Both the position numbers and the translations under genes were made by a program. The notes under the pieces were generated by a model. That model ran no database searches. It was given only the letters and a program-made list of their open reading frames with translations, and was not told the origin of the DNA. A stretch of 63,200 bases of DNA, counting the filler, from Choristocarpus tenellus KU-1152 (Eukaryota; Protista; Phaeophyceae), in NCBI GenBank assembly GCA_964200185.2. It is 10 parts of 10 records of this genome, joined end to end, with 100 filler letters (N's around TTAATTAATTAA, not from the genome) between each part and the next. Parts side by side here need not be neighbours in the genome. Positions count along the whole stretch, not along the records: positions 26,673 to 30,637 come from CAXNAD020016896.1; positions 30,738 to 33,271 come from CAXNAD020026984.1; positions 33,372 to 45,305 come from CAXNAD020002061.1; 7 more parts are not named here. The stretch is one strand, 5' to 3'. Below are positions 26,776-38,104 of this stretch, in pieces; position 1 is the stretch's first letter, and each line of letters opens with the position of its first letter.

Positions 26776-29700
26776 TCTCTTGAGGAGGCAGGGATCGACT
26801 TCAAGGGGCGTCTCAAGATATCAGACCGGGCGCACATTGTGTTTGACTTCCACCAGCAGGTGGATGGGTTGCAAGAGGGGAACCTGGGCCGGAACAAGCT
26901 AGGTACCACCAAGAAGGTGCGGTGTTAAACCATTCTGTAGGAGATTCGGTGGTTGTGGGCAAGGGTATGAATGATGATGTGCCCTAGTGACAGTCAGTAC
27001 CTGTGATGTAATTGCAGGGTTTCGGTAGAGGTGTTTGTCATTGTGTGTGTGTTGAGTGTAGAGTGTTTTTTGTGTTGGCAAAATCACTGAGGGAGAAAGG
27101 TTACTGTAATTTGTTGAGTTTTTTTTTCTAAAAGGTTGGAAGGCTGTTGTGCTCGTTTTGTTCAGGAGTGTATGAATTGAGTTTCCGAGTGATGCTCGAC
27201 GTTCCCACAATTTTGTTGATTGATATGAAGAACAGGACAAATGGAGTTTTTTTTATAATATATATATATACATACATATATATTGCAAGTATTTTGTATG
27301 CACTTGTGGTTTTTGTTTAATACTTGTGCCGCCAATTACGCTGGAGTACCTAGAAAGGTCTGGTTCTAATGAGGAGATTTTTCAGGTGATTGTAGGTTTT
27401 GCCATGGAGAGATAGTAGCTAAATGGTCCAAGATGAGAAACGTCTTTTCGTGAAGAACTCCTCTGATTCAGTTCAGTCAGCTAGCTCACCATTATGTGCT
27501 CAATACTTGCCGGAAAATATTTCCTGTCAACACTGCACGTAAGTGCTACAAAACAATATACTTCAAAAAAATATAAATATATATATATATCGCTCATGTA
27601 CGCGTACGCCTTCCTGTGTTTTGGTTGCGTGTTGTGCATATTGTATCTCTTGTGTGCAGGGAATTGGACCAGCGTACAGTTCCAAGATTGTTCGGAACGG
27701 CTTGAGAGTTGGAGACTTGCAGTTCTTTGATGACTTCAAGCTGCGGTTTGAAGCGCTTGCGCAATACATGGAGAGCTCCCACAGGAACTCCCTCCACATC
27801 AATGTTGAGAAAGAGTTCGACTACTACGAATCTATCAGGGAGCAGGTGAGGGAGTGATGCCACCGGTATTTTCCCAGCCCCCCCCACCCCTCGCACCTCT
27901 GCCCTTGCCTACCTCCAATGCTCGTCGTTCTTATGACTTATGAGAATATCGTTGAAGAGTTGATCAGTGCTGTGCCCATCATATGTACGTATGCTCTCGG
28001 TGTTGAGTCTGTCGTTGATGCAGCGAGCACTAGTGCTAGCCAGTTCCACCATGTGACAGCCCTCTGTTGCTGACATGGTGCTTGAATGGCCCGATGGATG
28101 AGGGGAAAATATTGAAAGGCGTTTTTGTGCTTTTATTTAAAAATCAGCAATGGAAACATAACTGACTGATGGATTTGCCCTGTTTGATGAATGATCTGGC
28201 TCGCTTGGCACGCCTTCAATCTACTATGTATGCCCTGGTTCTCATGGTTCAACACTCTCTTGGCCTCTCTCGTTGGTGTTGTGTACACATTTAAAGTAAT
28301 TGTGAGTATGTAGTACATGGTGCAGTGATACATCATGGTATAGTGTTCATAGTGTTACTGTGAGGTGGTGTGGTTCAGTTTGGGCAAGGGTTGTAAAGAG
28401 AACCACTGGGCAATACAGATTGGAAGGACTAAGATAAACCAGAGGTCAAGAAGACCAGGTTAAGGTTGGACATGAGGATAAGAACTGAGCAAGTGGGGGA
28501 AGACCACAGTCCACGGTTCAGATGGGGTTCAGAACAGAAACCCCTATGAGGTGGACCCATCATCAGGAAACGTGCTCCTGAAGAGATGTCAGAGGAGCAC
28601 ACAGAAAACGGTCCTTCCATAGACCCTCCACAGTTGAATCGAAGTTCTCAGAAAAGAACCTTGTTTGGTATGTCTGTATAAGACATTGGTCTACAAACAG
28701 TACGGCAAGAGACAAGCTTGATTTTCACGAACAGGTATGGCCCTGAATCTATCCCAAACAGTCCGACCCGGCACCTCCTGGTATTGGTGTCAATATCTGT
28801 GTATGAGAGTCAGTCACTGTTTTGTTTATTTTATTTTATTTTATTTTGCAGATGATGGAGATGACGGTGGATACGATTGCCCTCACTAACGACGCCTTTG
28901 ACAATGGCAAGCGGATACTCATCGAGGGCGCCAACGCCACCATGCTGGACATTGACTTTGGAACGTATCCATACGTGACCTCATCCAATCCAAGTGTGGG
29001 AAGTGTTTGCACAGGCCTAGGGATTGCACCGAACAAGGTTGGGGGCAGGGGCAGGGGCTTAAGCAGGGGGGAGGGGGGGAAGGGGCTAGTGCACCAAATT
29101 GGGAGTGAGATCTGTGCGAATGGCATGATTTGGAGTTGTTAGTTTTTGGGACCGAGACAGGGTACAGTTGTAGTGTGAGGTACAGAGTGAGAGTGTATAT
29201 AGGTAAGGGTTGGAACGATCTCTTTGTTTTTGAAGTGGCTCCTTTGCTAATGGTACCTGTTACTGTAAATTGTTGATGGTTCAGCTTTACATTGCATCCT
29301 CCGCCTCAACTCCAACTTCTTGTGTGTGTGTGTGTTTTTTTTTCCCAGGTTGTTGATGGTTCAGCTTTACATTGCATCCTCCGCTTCAACTCCAACTTCT
29401 TGTGTGTGTGTGTGTTTTTTTTTTTCCAGGTTTCTAATATCTACGGTACTGTGAAGGCGTACTGCACTCGTGTCGGAGAGGGTCCTTTCCCCACAGAGGC
29501 TGAAGGAGAGGTGTGTGATACTCTCAGGTGTGTCTGGTGCATTGGAAAGGAGGGGATTGAAAGGGAGGTAGGTGGGTGGGTGGAAGAAGAGTAGGGTCAT
29601 GCATTGATTGCTTTGGGTGATGATTTTGTGATCCAACAAGGTAAGGGCAGGTGTGAGGTGAGTGTTATTCTGCACATGGGTGTTAATCATTAAAAGGTCA

Positions 29701-30637
29701 GAAGGTATTTTGGCATATTGTGCTTAAATGAAGAAATAAAAAAAAAATCGTACCAGTTGTTACGCCTGTTGTTTTTTGTATTTTTTTGTGTTTTGTTATG
29801 ATTTGCCTTCCGTTCTGTGCAAGAAGAGACCGGTCCCTGTTGTAAGGTGTCCATTCACTTCTAATTCATTCTCTTCGCCCACCTTCAATGAACAAAATGC
29901 ACACGTACTAGGAAATTAGGCGGTGAGTTTGGAACAACTACAGGAAGACCCCGGAGGTGTGGATGGCTGGATGTTCCTCAGATGCGATACTCGACCCTGG
30001 TGAATGGATACTCTGCACTCAACCTCACTAAGCTCGATGTCCTTACAGGTGTGTGTGGAGTGGGGGGTGGAAGGGGTCAATTAGTTACCCTAATGTGGTG
30101 AGCTTTGTGACAACAAGGGTAAATTGTGTGTTCCTATTTTTCGTATTTTTCTTTTTTTCATCATCTCTAGGTGGGATGGTTCTTGTAACTGGTTGAGGAT
30201 CGTGGACTATGTAACTGTAATTCTGCTTGAGTAGCCTATGTTTCAATGCCCTGTTTCGAAGTTATGAGGTTGGTGGAAAAGGTCGGGGGGTGGGGGGAGG
30301 TTGAGGTTGTGAAGGGGTGAGTCATAACTTTCTGTAGTTATGTGGGGTTTTGGGGAGGGGGGAGGTGGGGTATGTTTCACACTTGAAGGTATTTCTCATA
30401 AGTGGTTGAAGTGTGTCAAAGGAAGGGATGCTGGTTGATGTCATTTGATATGATGGTCTAGTTGCAAAAAGCTCTACACGCTGTAGTTTGTGTGGCGAAT
30501 GAGACAACCCTGCTTGGCCTTGCCAGCCCAGTGAACCAATCTATTGGACTCTGTTATCCAAAATGTCTGTTATCAAAATATCATAACGACTGTATGTGTG
30601 TGTTTTTTTTTACAACAGGGCTTAAGGAGGTGCGCAT
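26776..30637 (+). CDS. purA: Adenylosuccinate synthetase, internal exons (26776-26916, 27660-27845, 28852-29037, 29430-29527, 29912-30048, 30619->contig end)
   Basis: Hallmark motifs [77 protein letters not shown] and LNLTKLDVL. All GT-AG junctions are phase-compatible. Confidence 0.97.
29270..29432 (+). repeat. ~81-bp tandem duplication including the polypyrimidine tract and 3' splice site
   Basis: Two copies of ttgttgatggttcagc...(gt)n(t)nccaggtt. Confidence 0.9.
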
Positions 30638-31118
30638 NNNNNNNNNNNNNNNNNNNNNNNNNNNNNNNNNNNNNNNNNNNNTTAATTAATTAANNNNNNN
30701 NNNNNNNNNNNNNNNNNNNNNNNNNNNNNNNNNNNNNGTAAGTTGTGTGCGAAGGGGAGGTGTATTATGTCTTGTGGCATGCCGAGCAGGGGAGGAGGGG
30801 AGAGGGGAGAGGGAGGGGGGAGAGGTTGATAGAAAGGATAATAGCACATTAGATATAAAGGCACGTAATACCATTCCATACCATTGCTCATTACCTACAA
30901 CAAACAGCAACACTGAACTGTTCCATCAACACAAGGAACCTTTATATATGCAATATTATTCATATATTTGCCTCCCCCCCCCCCCCCCCCCAAAAGTAAA
31001 TAATATAAATAAACACAGAAAGAAAAAAAAATACTCCAACAAAAATGAAGATCCCCCCGTGCTTCCTCTTTCTTGACATTGCCTTCACCACACTCCCCCT
31101 GACATGCCATAAGCCCCA

Positions 31119-31300
31119 GACCAAAGTATCTGGGGGGAGGGGGGGATCTACACACCAGGGTGTCCATTTGGGGCAAAACCAGGAAAAGTGCACTTTTATT
31201 ATCCATCCGACATATGCAACCAAATCACCCAAAAATCGCGACATGAAAAATTGGCCCCAAATGGACAGCGGCCACCTCCACCCCCCAGGTACTTTGAGCC
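31119..31300. mobile_element. MITE family 2, complete copy
   Basis: gaccaaagtatctgggggg ... ccccccaggtactttgagcc, with inner inverted repeat gtccatttgggg/ccccaaatggac. CCCA flanks both sides. Confidence 0.8.
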
Positions 31301-31421
31301 CCCACAAGTGTTACAATTCAAGTAGCAATCAGTGAGTCGAGTGTGATAGTAAGACTTATCATCCCATCACCATCAACAGACTAGCGCAAATCAACTCATA
31401 CGCATGCCCATGCCTGCTCAC

Positions 31422-31540
31422 CATCACTATGGGCCAAGCATTTCGGATGATGAAAGCAGACAAGAATATGCTGGCAACTGGATCCAGATAGTCTGTCCAG
31501 TCGATTCTGATGTGGTCCCCCAGAGTCACAATGATGATTC
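31422..31540 (-). CDS. Internal exon of a cation diffusion facilitator (ZnT/SLC30-like) transporter
   Basis: ag|GIIIVTLGDHIRIDWTDYLDPVASIFLSAFIIRNAWPIVM|gtgag contains the CDF TM5-6 W..Y.DP..S motif. Confidence 0.75.
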
Positions 31541-31640
31541 CTGATAAACCCCAGAGGGTGCACAGGTGGATAGTAAGGATCAAGAAGACAAAGTTGACTC
31601 GAGAAGGCTCGAGACAAGCACTCTGACCCGCAATACTACA

Positions 31641-31808
31641 ACAAACAGCATCAGAACAGTATTTACTACTGTTCTATATCATACAAACAGCATCGGAACG
31701 GTATTAACTACTATTCTATATCATACAAACAGCATCAGAACAGTATTAACTACTGTTCTATATCATAAAAACAGCATCAGAACAGTACTTACTATTATTC
31801 TATATCAT
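31641..31808. repeat. 42-bp tandem repeat x4 with an internal hairpin
   Basis: Unit acaaacagcatcagaacagtattaactactgttctatatcat, with inverted repeat agaacagta/tactgttct. Confidence 0.92.
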
Positions 31809-32619
31809 TTTTTTGTCTTGACCAGTGGTCAGAGGCACTTCGCACATTTGATCTGTGGTGAGACAGTTACATATGCTACTACCTGTACATTGCGATAATA
31901 TCAATAATATTGATATTATTGATATTATTGATATTTGAGGGCGTACAATACAGTCAGTCAGCTCAATGAACAGAGCCTCAGCTCACAGGTCCTCAAAATA
32001 GGCAATGATTGTACCAGGCACTCTAACGCATGGTACCCATCAAAAGTGCAAGTATGAACAGCACGATCATCAAGTACCACATATAATCAAGTGAAAGTTA
32101 GCACTATCATCAGTCTCATTGAATAGAACACACCACTCTTGGCATCAAGACAGGAACAGTGCACCCTGCCTACAAACTCTGAGAACGACCCTGAATCAAT
32201 CCTGCCAATACAGAACGGGCGATACGGGACAGAACCCCTTACACAAAACAAAAAAATATGGAAAAAAGAGAAAAAAAAATGCCGGGGAGTTACATGCAAA
32301 TATCAAAGAATACGTGCTGTGTGTGTGTTACTATCAAAGAATAACAATAACAAAAACAAAATTCAATAATAATAATAATCAAATTTAGTCCTGTCAACGG
32401 AAGAGGTACTGGCGTTACGAACTGTGCATCCCATTCCCACCCCCACCCCCCAACATTCACAAATGCATACACAACTAGCAAAGAAGTAAAGAGCCGTGCT
32501 AGATGCATCATATGCACATATATATATACACATTTGCCATGTATAAACACGACAAAAGGGCCTGATGAGCAGTGTTTACAGTACAGTTTCAGAGTTCAGT
32601 CAGCGGTGTTGCGTGAGTC

Positions 32620-32749
32620 TATTGTTGGTATCTATTGTTGGTATCAATTGTTGGTATCTATTGTTGGTATCAATTGTTGGTATCTATTGTTGGTATCAAT
32701 TGTTGGTATCTATTGTTGGTATCAATTGTTGGTATCAATTGTTGGTATC
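32620..32749. repeat. 13-bp minisatellite x10, (t/a)attgttggtatc
   Basis: Direct reading. Confidence 0.95.
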
Positions 32750-33449
32750 TGCCGAAAAACTTCCACAGTCAGCAATACCACAGTCAATATCGTAACACCA
32801 TTCCACGTCATAAGGTCATACCATGTTGAAAGGTAATACTTGTTGTAAGATTATACCGTGTCATGAAAGGTCATACCACGTCCGAACTACCATTTCTTAG
32901 TTGGTGGAAAAAAGAAAAATTCTCGGAATAGTCAGGCACCCTGCCAAAAAAAAAAAAGGTTTCTGATCGTGACAGTACTAGCAGGAATAAGAGTTCCAAA
33001 GTACATTTTATTTTTCGGATTTACACACCAGGCAAAAAAAAAAAATGAAAAAAGAAGTCGCAACACAAGCCCCACAATACACAATACCCAAGGGCATTTC
33101 AGGAGAGCACTCGCAGGAGGAAGCGTTCATTCTTCTTTCTTTTTTTTCTTACACTTGAATACTTACGTCTTATGCACATCGAAGACATAGAGTTATCTCC
33201 CCCCCCCCCCCCCCCCCACCCACCCCACAACCAAACCAACGACCACGCAAACAAAACAGACAGCAAAGACANNNNNNNNNNNNNNNNNNNNNNNNNNNNN
33301 NNNNNNNNNNNNNNNTTAATTAATTAANNNNNNNNNNNNNNNNNNNNNNNNNNNNNNNNNNNNNNNNNNNNCACCCCCAGAAGTTACCATGTCCCCCTGC
33401 CAGCACTTTTGAAGAGCAGTAATGTAGAGCTTTGGGGAAAAGGGGAGAG

Positions 33450-34100
33450 GAATGAGTGCTGAACGACATGAAATTTTGTTTTTTGTTTTTGTGATATTAA
33501 CAGCTATGATATTAACACCTCTTCTTGAGCAGGAGCGTGGTTTGCGATCTCTTTGACTCTGTGAAAGTACAAAGTTCAAGGTAGCCCACAAGGCATTTGC
33601 TTGTAGTGGGAGAACTTTGACCTCCGCTGCTAAGTCTTGACCTAACCCCTGAGGAAGCAAGAGAGGTTGAGAGCTTACATGTTGGATTTCGGGTGCTTAC
33701 AGGCTGTCTGCAAGTGCCAGCATAAGAGGCTGTAGGGGTACAGTTGTTCTTGTCGTAGGACAATGGTAGTGGTACAGGTGTAGTAGTGGATTGAATACAG
33801 TAGACCACCAGGAACAGCTGCTTAAACGGGTCCCAGTATGTGTTGACCTTGTATAGGGATTGCAGACTGCGATGTAGTATGTGAAGTTTATTTTCATTCA
33901 TCCTGGTTGTGGTTGAGGCATCCTTGTACCTACTGGTGCCTCAAGTGCTGTGTTTGATGCTTTGGAGGGAGGAGTCCCAGAGTAAAGATAGACTCCTGTT
34001 ACCTGAACGATTTGGAGATAGGTTTCTGTAGTGAAAGGGTTCGATGTTACACTAGAGACCTTTACATGCACAGTTTGTTCCTGTACCTCACAGCAGCAGT
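33450..34100 (-). mobile_element. Decayed copia RT remnant
   Basis: LPQGLG...VLPLQANALWA...SQSQRD...IIAV resembles copia QPxGF...V..L.KALYGL...s..D...YVDD. Confidence 0.35.
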
Positions 34101-34152
34101 GGTTGTACCTTGAAAGGTTCAAAGTACAGTGGTTCTCGATTTTATCACTCGT

Positions 34153-35027
34153 ACCATTGGTATCTACTTTTGATATATAAAACCATCGGTATCTACTTTT
34201 GATATATAAAACCATTGGTATCTACTTTTGATATGTACAACCATTGATATCTACTTTTGATATATACAACCATTGGTATCTACTTTTGATATATAAAACC
34301 ATTGGTATCTACTTTTGATATGTACAACCATTGGTATCTACTTTCGATATGTACAACCATTGATATCTACTTTTGATATGTACAACCATTGGTATCTACT
34401 ATTGATATATAAAACCATCGGTATCTACTTTTGATATATAAAACCATCGGTATCTACTTTTGATATATAAAACCATTGGTATCTACTTTTGATATGTACA
34501 ACCATTGATATCTACTTTTGATATATACAACCATTGATATCTACTTTTGATATATACAACCATTGGTATCTACTATTGATACGTACAACCATTGGTATCT
34601 ACTTTTGATATGTACAACCATTGGTATCTACTTTCGATATGTACAACCATTGATATCTACTTTTGATATGTACAACCATTGGTATCTACTTTTGATATGT
34701 ACAACCATTGATATCTACTTTTGATATGTACAACCATTGGTATCTACTTTTGATATGTACAACCATTGATATCTACTTTTGATATGTACAACCATTGGTA
34801 TCTACTTTTGATATGTACAACCATTGGTATCTACTTTTGATATGTACAACTATTGATATCTACTTTTGATATATAAAACCATCGGTATCTACTTTTGATA
34901 TGTACAACCATCGGTATCTACTTTTGATATATGAAACCATTGGTATCTACTTTTGATATGTACAACCATTGGTATCTACTTTTGATATGTACAACCATTG
35001 GTATCTACTTTTGATATGTACAACCAT
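34153..35027. repeat. 29-bp minisatellite, ~30 copies
   Basis: Consensus aaccattggtatctacttttgatatgtac with a few recurring variants and no spacers. Confidence 0.97.
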
Positions 35028-35134
35028 CTTGGCCATGGCTGCCCTGTTCCCTATCATTGGCGCTAATTTTATTTCTTTTTCCCTTGTATTTTTTCATACT
35101 TTTTTTTTGTTGCGACTCTTTTAATTCAAATCAG

Positions 35135-36933
35135 ATTTCTCGCTCTGTCACAGAGGGTGGACGCTGTGATCTGCCTGGGGTGCCTCATCAAGGTGCATGC
35201 TTTGAAAGTCTGTTGAGAGTGTTGGTTGATGAAGTGTGCTATGGTGTATGCATGCTGATGAAGATTTTGTAGTGTGTAGTATGGCGTTTTGAGTGCATGG
35301 GGAGGTGAGGTACGAAGAGTGTTTGTGGTTAAGATGGGGGCAGGCCAGAGTGTGTTAGGGGTTGAGTTGGAGTGGAAGGGGTGGAATGGGCATATGTTTG
35401 ATCTATTGTCTTCTCTTTAGTCACATCGTGATTATTATAGTTATTGCAATTATTATTATTATTATTATTATTTTTTACACTTTTTACACATGGATTACTA
35501 TATCTCATGTAAAAGCAGTAAGTAAGTCAGGGACTCTTTTTTATTTTCCTCTTCTGGACCACTGTGCCCCCTTGGGTCGTGTCTATGTATTTTATTTTGT
35601 ATTTTGTTATTTATTCTGGGATACAAGAGTGTAATGCGTTTTTTTTTGTAATATCCGAAATGTGACGGTGGTTGCTCTTTAATGCGAGGGAAGTGGATGA
35701 GAGAGGGAAGAAAGGCCAATGGAATCTAAGATTCAAATCTTGTTCAGCGTTTTTTTGTGGACCCTAAAAGAACCTCCCACCAAAGTCAGATTGTATGAAA
35801 GCTGAGCCATTGCCGGGGAGAGCAGTTTTAGGGTAGAGTTTGGTCTAGTCTGGAGTTGTTTAGGGGGTATTTTGTAACCACTCCCAGTTGTACGTTTGCT
35901 TTTGTGCTTGTGTGTTAACACACCAAGTTTTAGAATTTGGAACTTTTTCTTTTTTTGCTGCAATGAATGGATCCTAAGTCTGTGATGTAGTGCGACTCTT
36001 TGCTGCGATGAGAAGGAAGGAGCAGTTGCACAGAATACCATGAGAAGCGGTTGTTTGACCTCAAGGTTTGGTTTCGTTGATGTTGGACTGGACTTGTCAT
36101 CACAATGTTAGTCATGAGGCAGGTATGAGGGATAAGGTGCTCAGAACAAATCACAAACACATCAGGACCGTTCTCGCTGGACTGGCAAAATGAGATGGAC
36201 CCGTCCGAGGGCCGAACTGGTCCAACAGTTATCTGACCATGTCCTGGTCCATGTTTACTAGGTGTTGTACCATCCATGTCCGTCAGCTGGACCAGGTCCG
36301 AGATTGTCTAACGTGTATAGACCATGTCCACGTTGTTCTGTACCAGACCATGTCCACTGCCTGGTCTAACTTTTTCTGCCATGTCTGGGTCGTGTCCAGT
36401 ACATATTGTACTAGTCCAGTCCAAGGGTCAGACAGAACTCAAACCCTAACTGGTTCGACTCAAACGAACCAGTCCCATTCTAGTCCGGTCCCTAAATTTC
36501 ATGCGAATACTTCTCAAAAATTTCACCGTTCCTGCTGTTCCTCCCGAGCAAATCAAGGCACTTTCACTTCGACCCTCAAGAATTTTCTGCTGCTTTTATA
36601 CTGTGTATTTTTGTGTAGTCTTTGTGAAAGCGCGAGCCATTAGCCTGAGGGCGATCCCGGCCCGGTGTTGTGGTTGAAAAGGCGGGGGTCCAAAGGTCAA
36701 AGAAGGCGGTAGGTATGCATCCACCACAGCTTGAGAAGATGGGCGGCGGCATGGATCGCAACAGTTTTTTTTTTTTTTTTAAGAAAAAAGAAAAGAAGTA
36801 AGGCTTTTTATAGAACCTTTCTGATCGTCACCGGTCTTTCTTTATAGCTTTTTTTTTTCAGACTGAATTAAAAGGTCGTTACTGTTTTTTTTTGCAAAGT
36901 GTTTTTGAAATCGTAGAACTGTTTTTTTTCTTT

Positions 36934-36971
<38 letters not shown>

Positions 36972-38070
36972 TGAACAGGTTGGCGTGATGCGCTGTGACC
37001 ATGACTAGCCTGTGTCGAATGGGTTTTACCCGACTGGCCATAGGTGAAGTGTTACTGCATGGCCAGGTCCATGACCATCACTATATCAGCATGGCCGGGG
37101 TGCCAGCCGATCTTATTCTATCGGGTTCGGACATGGCGGACTGAGTCCATGGTCATCAACTGTTTGAATATAGCGAGGCTATGGGTCAGCCTGTAGCCAA
37201 GGCCCAGATGGTGGAGATGTGAAATGCCCGGGTTGTTGAATAGTCCTGATACGCTGATGTGTATGTATGTATGTATGTATGCTGAAGCATGTACTTAATT
37301 GCATGGGGCGGCATGTTTTTGTTGCTGTATGCTGGCAGTTCAAGGTGTTCCTTCATATTATTATTTTTAGAGTAGAACGATACTGTTACAATACTGTAAC
37401 GGGTTGTACAATAGAAGCTGTCTTGACCCCTGACCTCTATGCCGTTGATGATATGACCGTACTCGAGGTTTTGTCGATTGACTGGCTCTTTTCTTTTTAG
37501 AAGATCACCAACACACTTGAGATATATCGCATCCCATTGCCTCTAGACATCTAGATTACTCCATGACATGCTCTTCTCAACTCAGCGGACTGTCCCTGTC
37601 GATATGATCCTTTTTACCTCTCTAACCTCCCTGTTACCCTTACCCTAACCCTAACCCTAACCCTAACGCCTCTTCCTTTTCCCCACATACACTGAAACTG
37701 CCACGTTTGTGTGGGGTGTTGCGTGACATGTAATGGCGTGATGCAATCCGGGTTTGATGTGTTTTGCGGGATTTGGCATTTGGTGATGGTGCTCTTCCTG
37801 CAGGGTGAAACCATGCACTTCGAGTACATCGCCGATGCAAGTAAGAGGTGGAGAGATGCCCTTGAGGAGTGAAATATGGGAAGGGTTTGTGTTAGCGGGG
37901 CAGGGGGGTGGGGAGGGGGGGGGGGGGGGACTGTTATTGTTTGAATGGTTTTTTTTTTGTTTCATGACAAGCCAGTCTGAGCGCCAGTCGNNNNNNNNNN
38001 GACAAGCGGAAGAAGAAAGAGGGGGGGGGAGGGGCGCGTGGGGGGGGAAAGTGGGGGGGGTGTTTGTGGT

Positions 38071-38104
<34 letters not shown>

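Noticed and set aside
31641-31808. CRISPR-like palindromic repeats
   Set aside because: There are no spacers; it is a plain tandem repeat.
32534-32836. Repetitive ORFs (YCWYQLLVSIVG...)
   Set aside because: They are translations of the 13-bp minisatellite.
34153-35027. CRISPR array (29-bp repeats)
   Set aside because: Units are contiguous with no unique spacers, there are no cas genes, and the context is eukaryotic.
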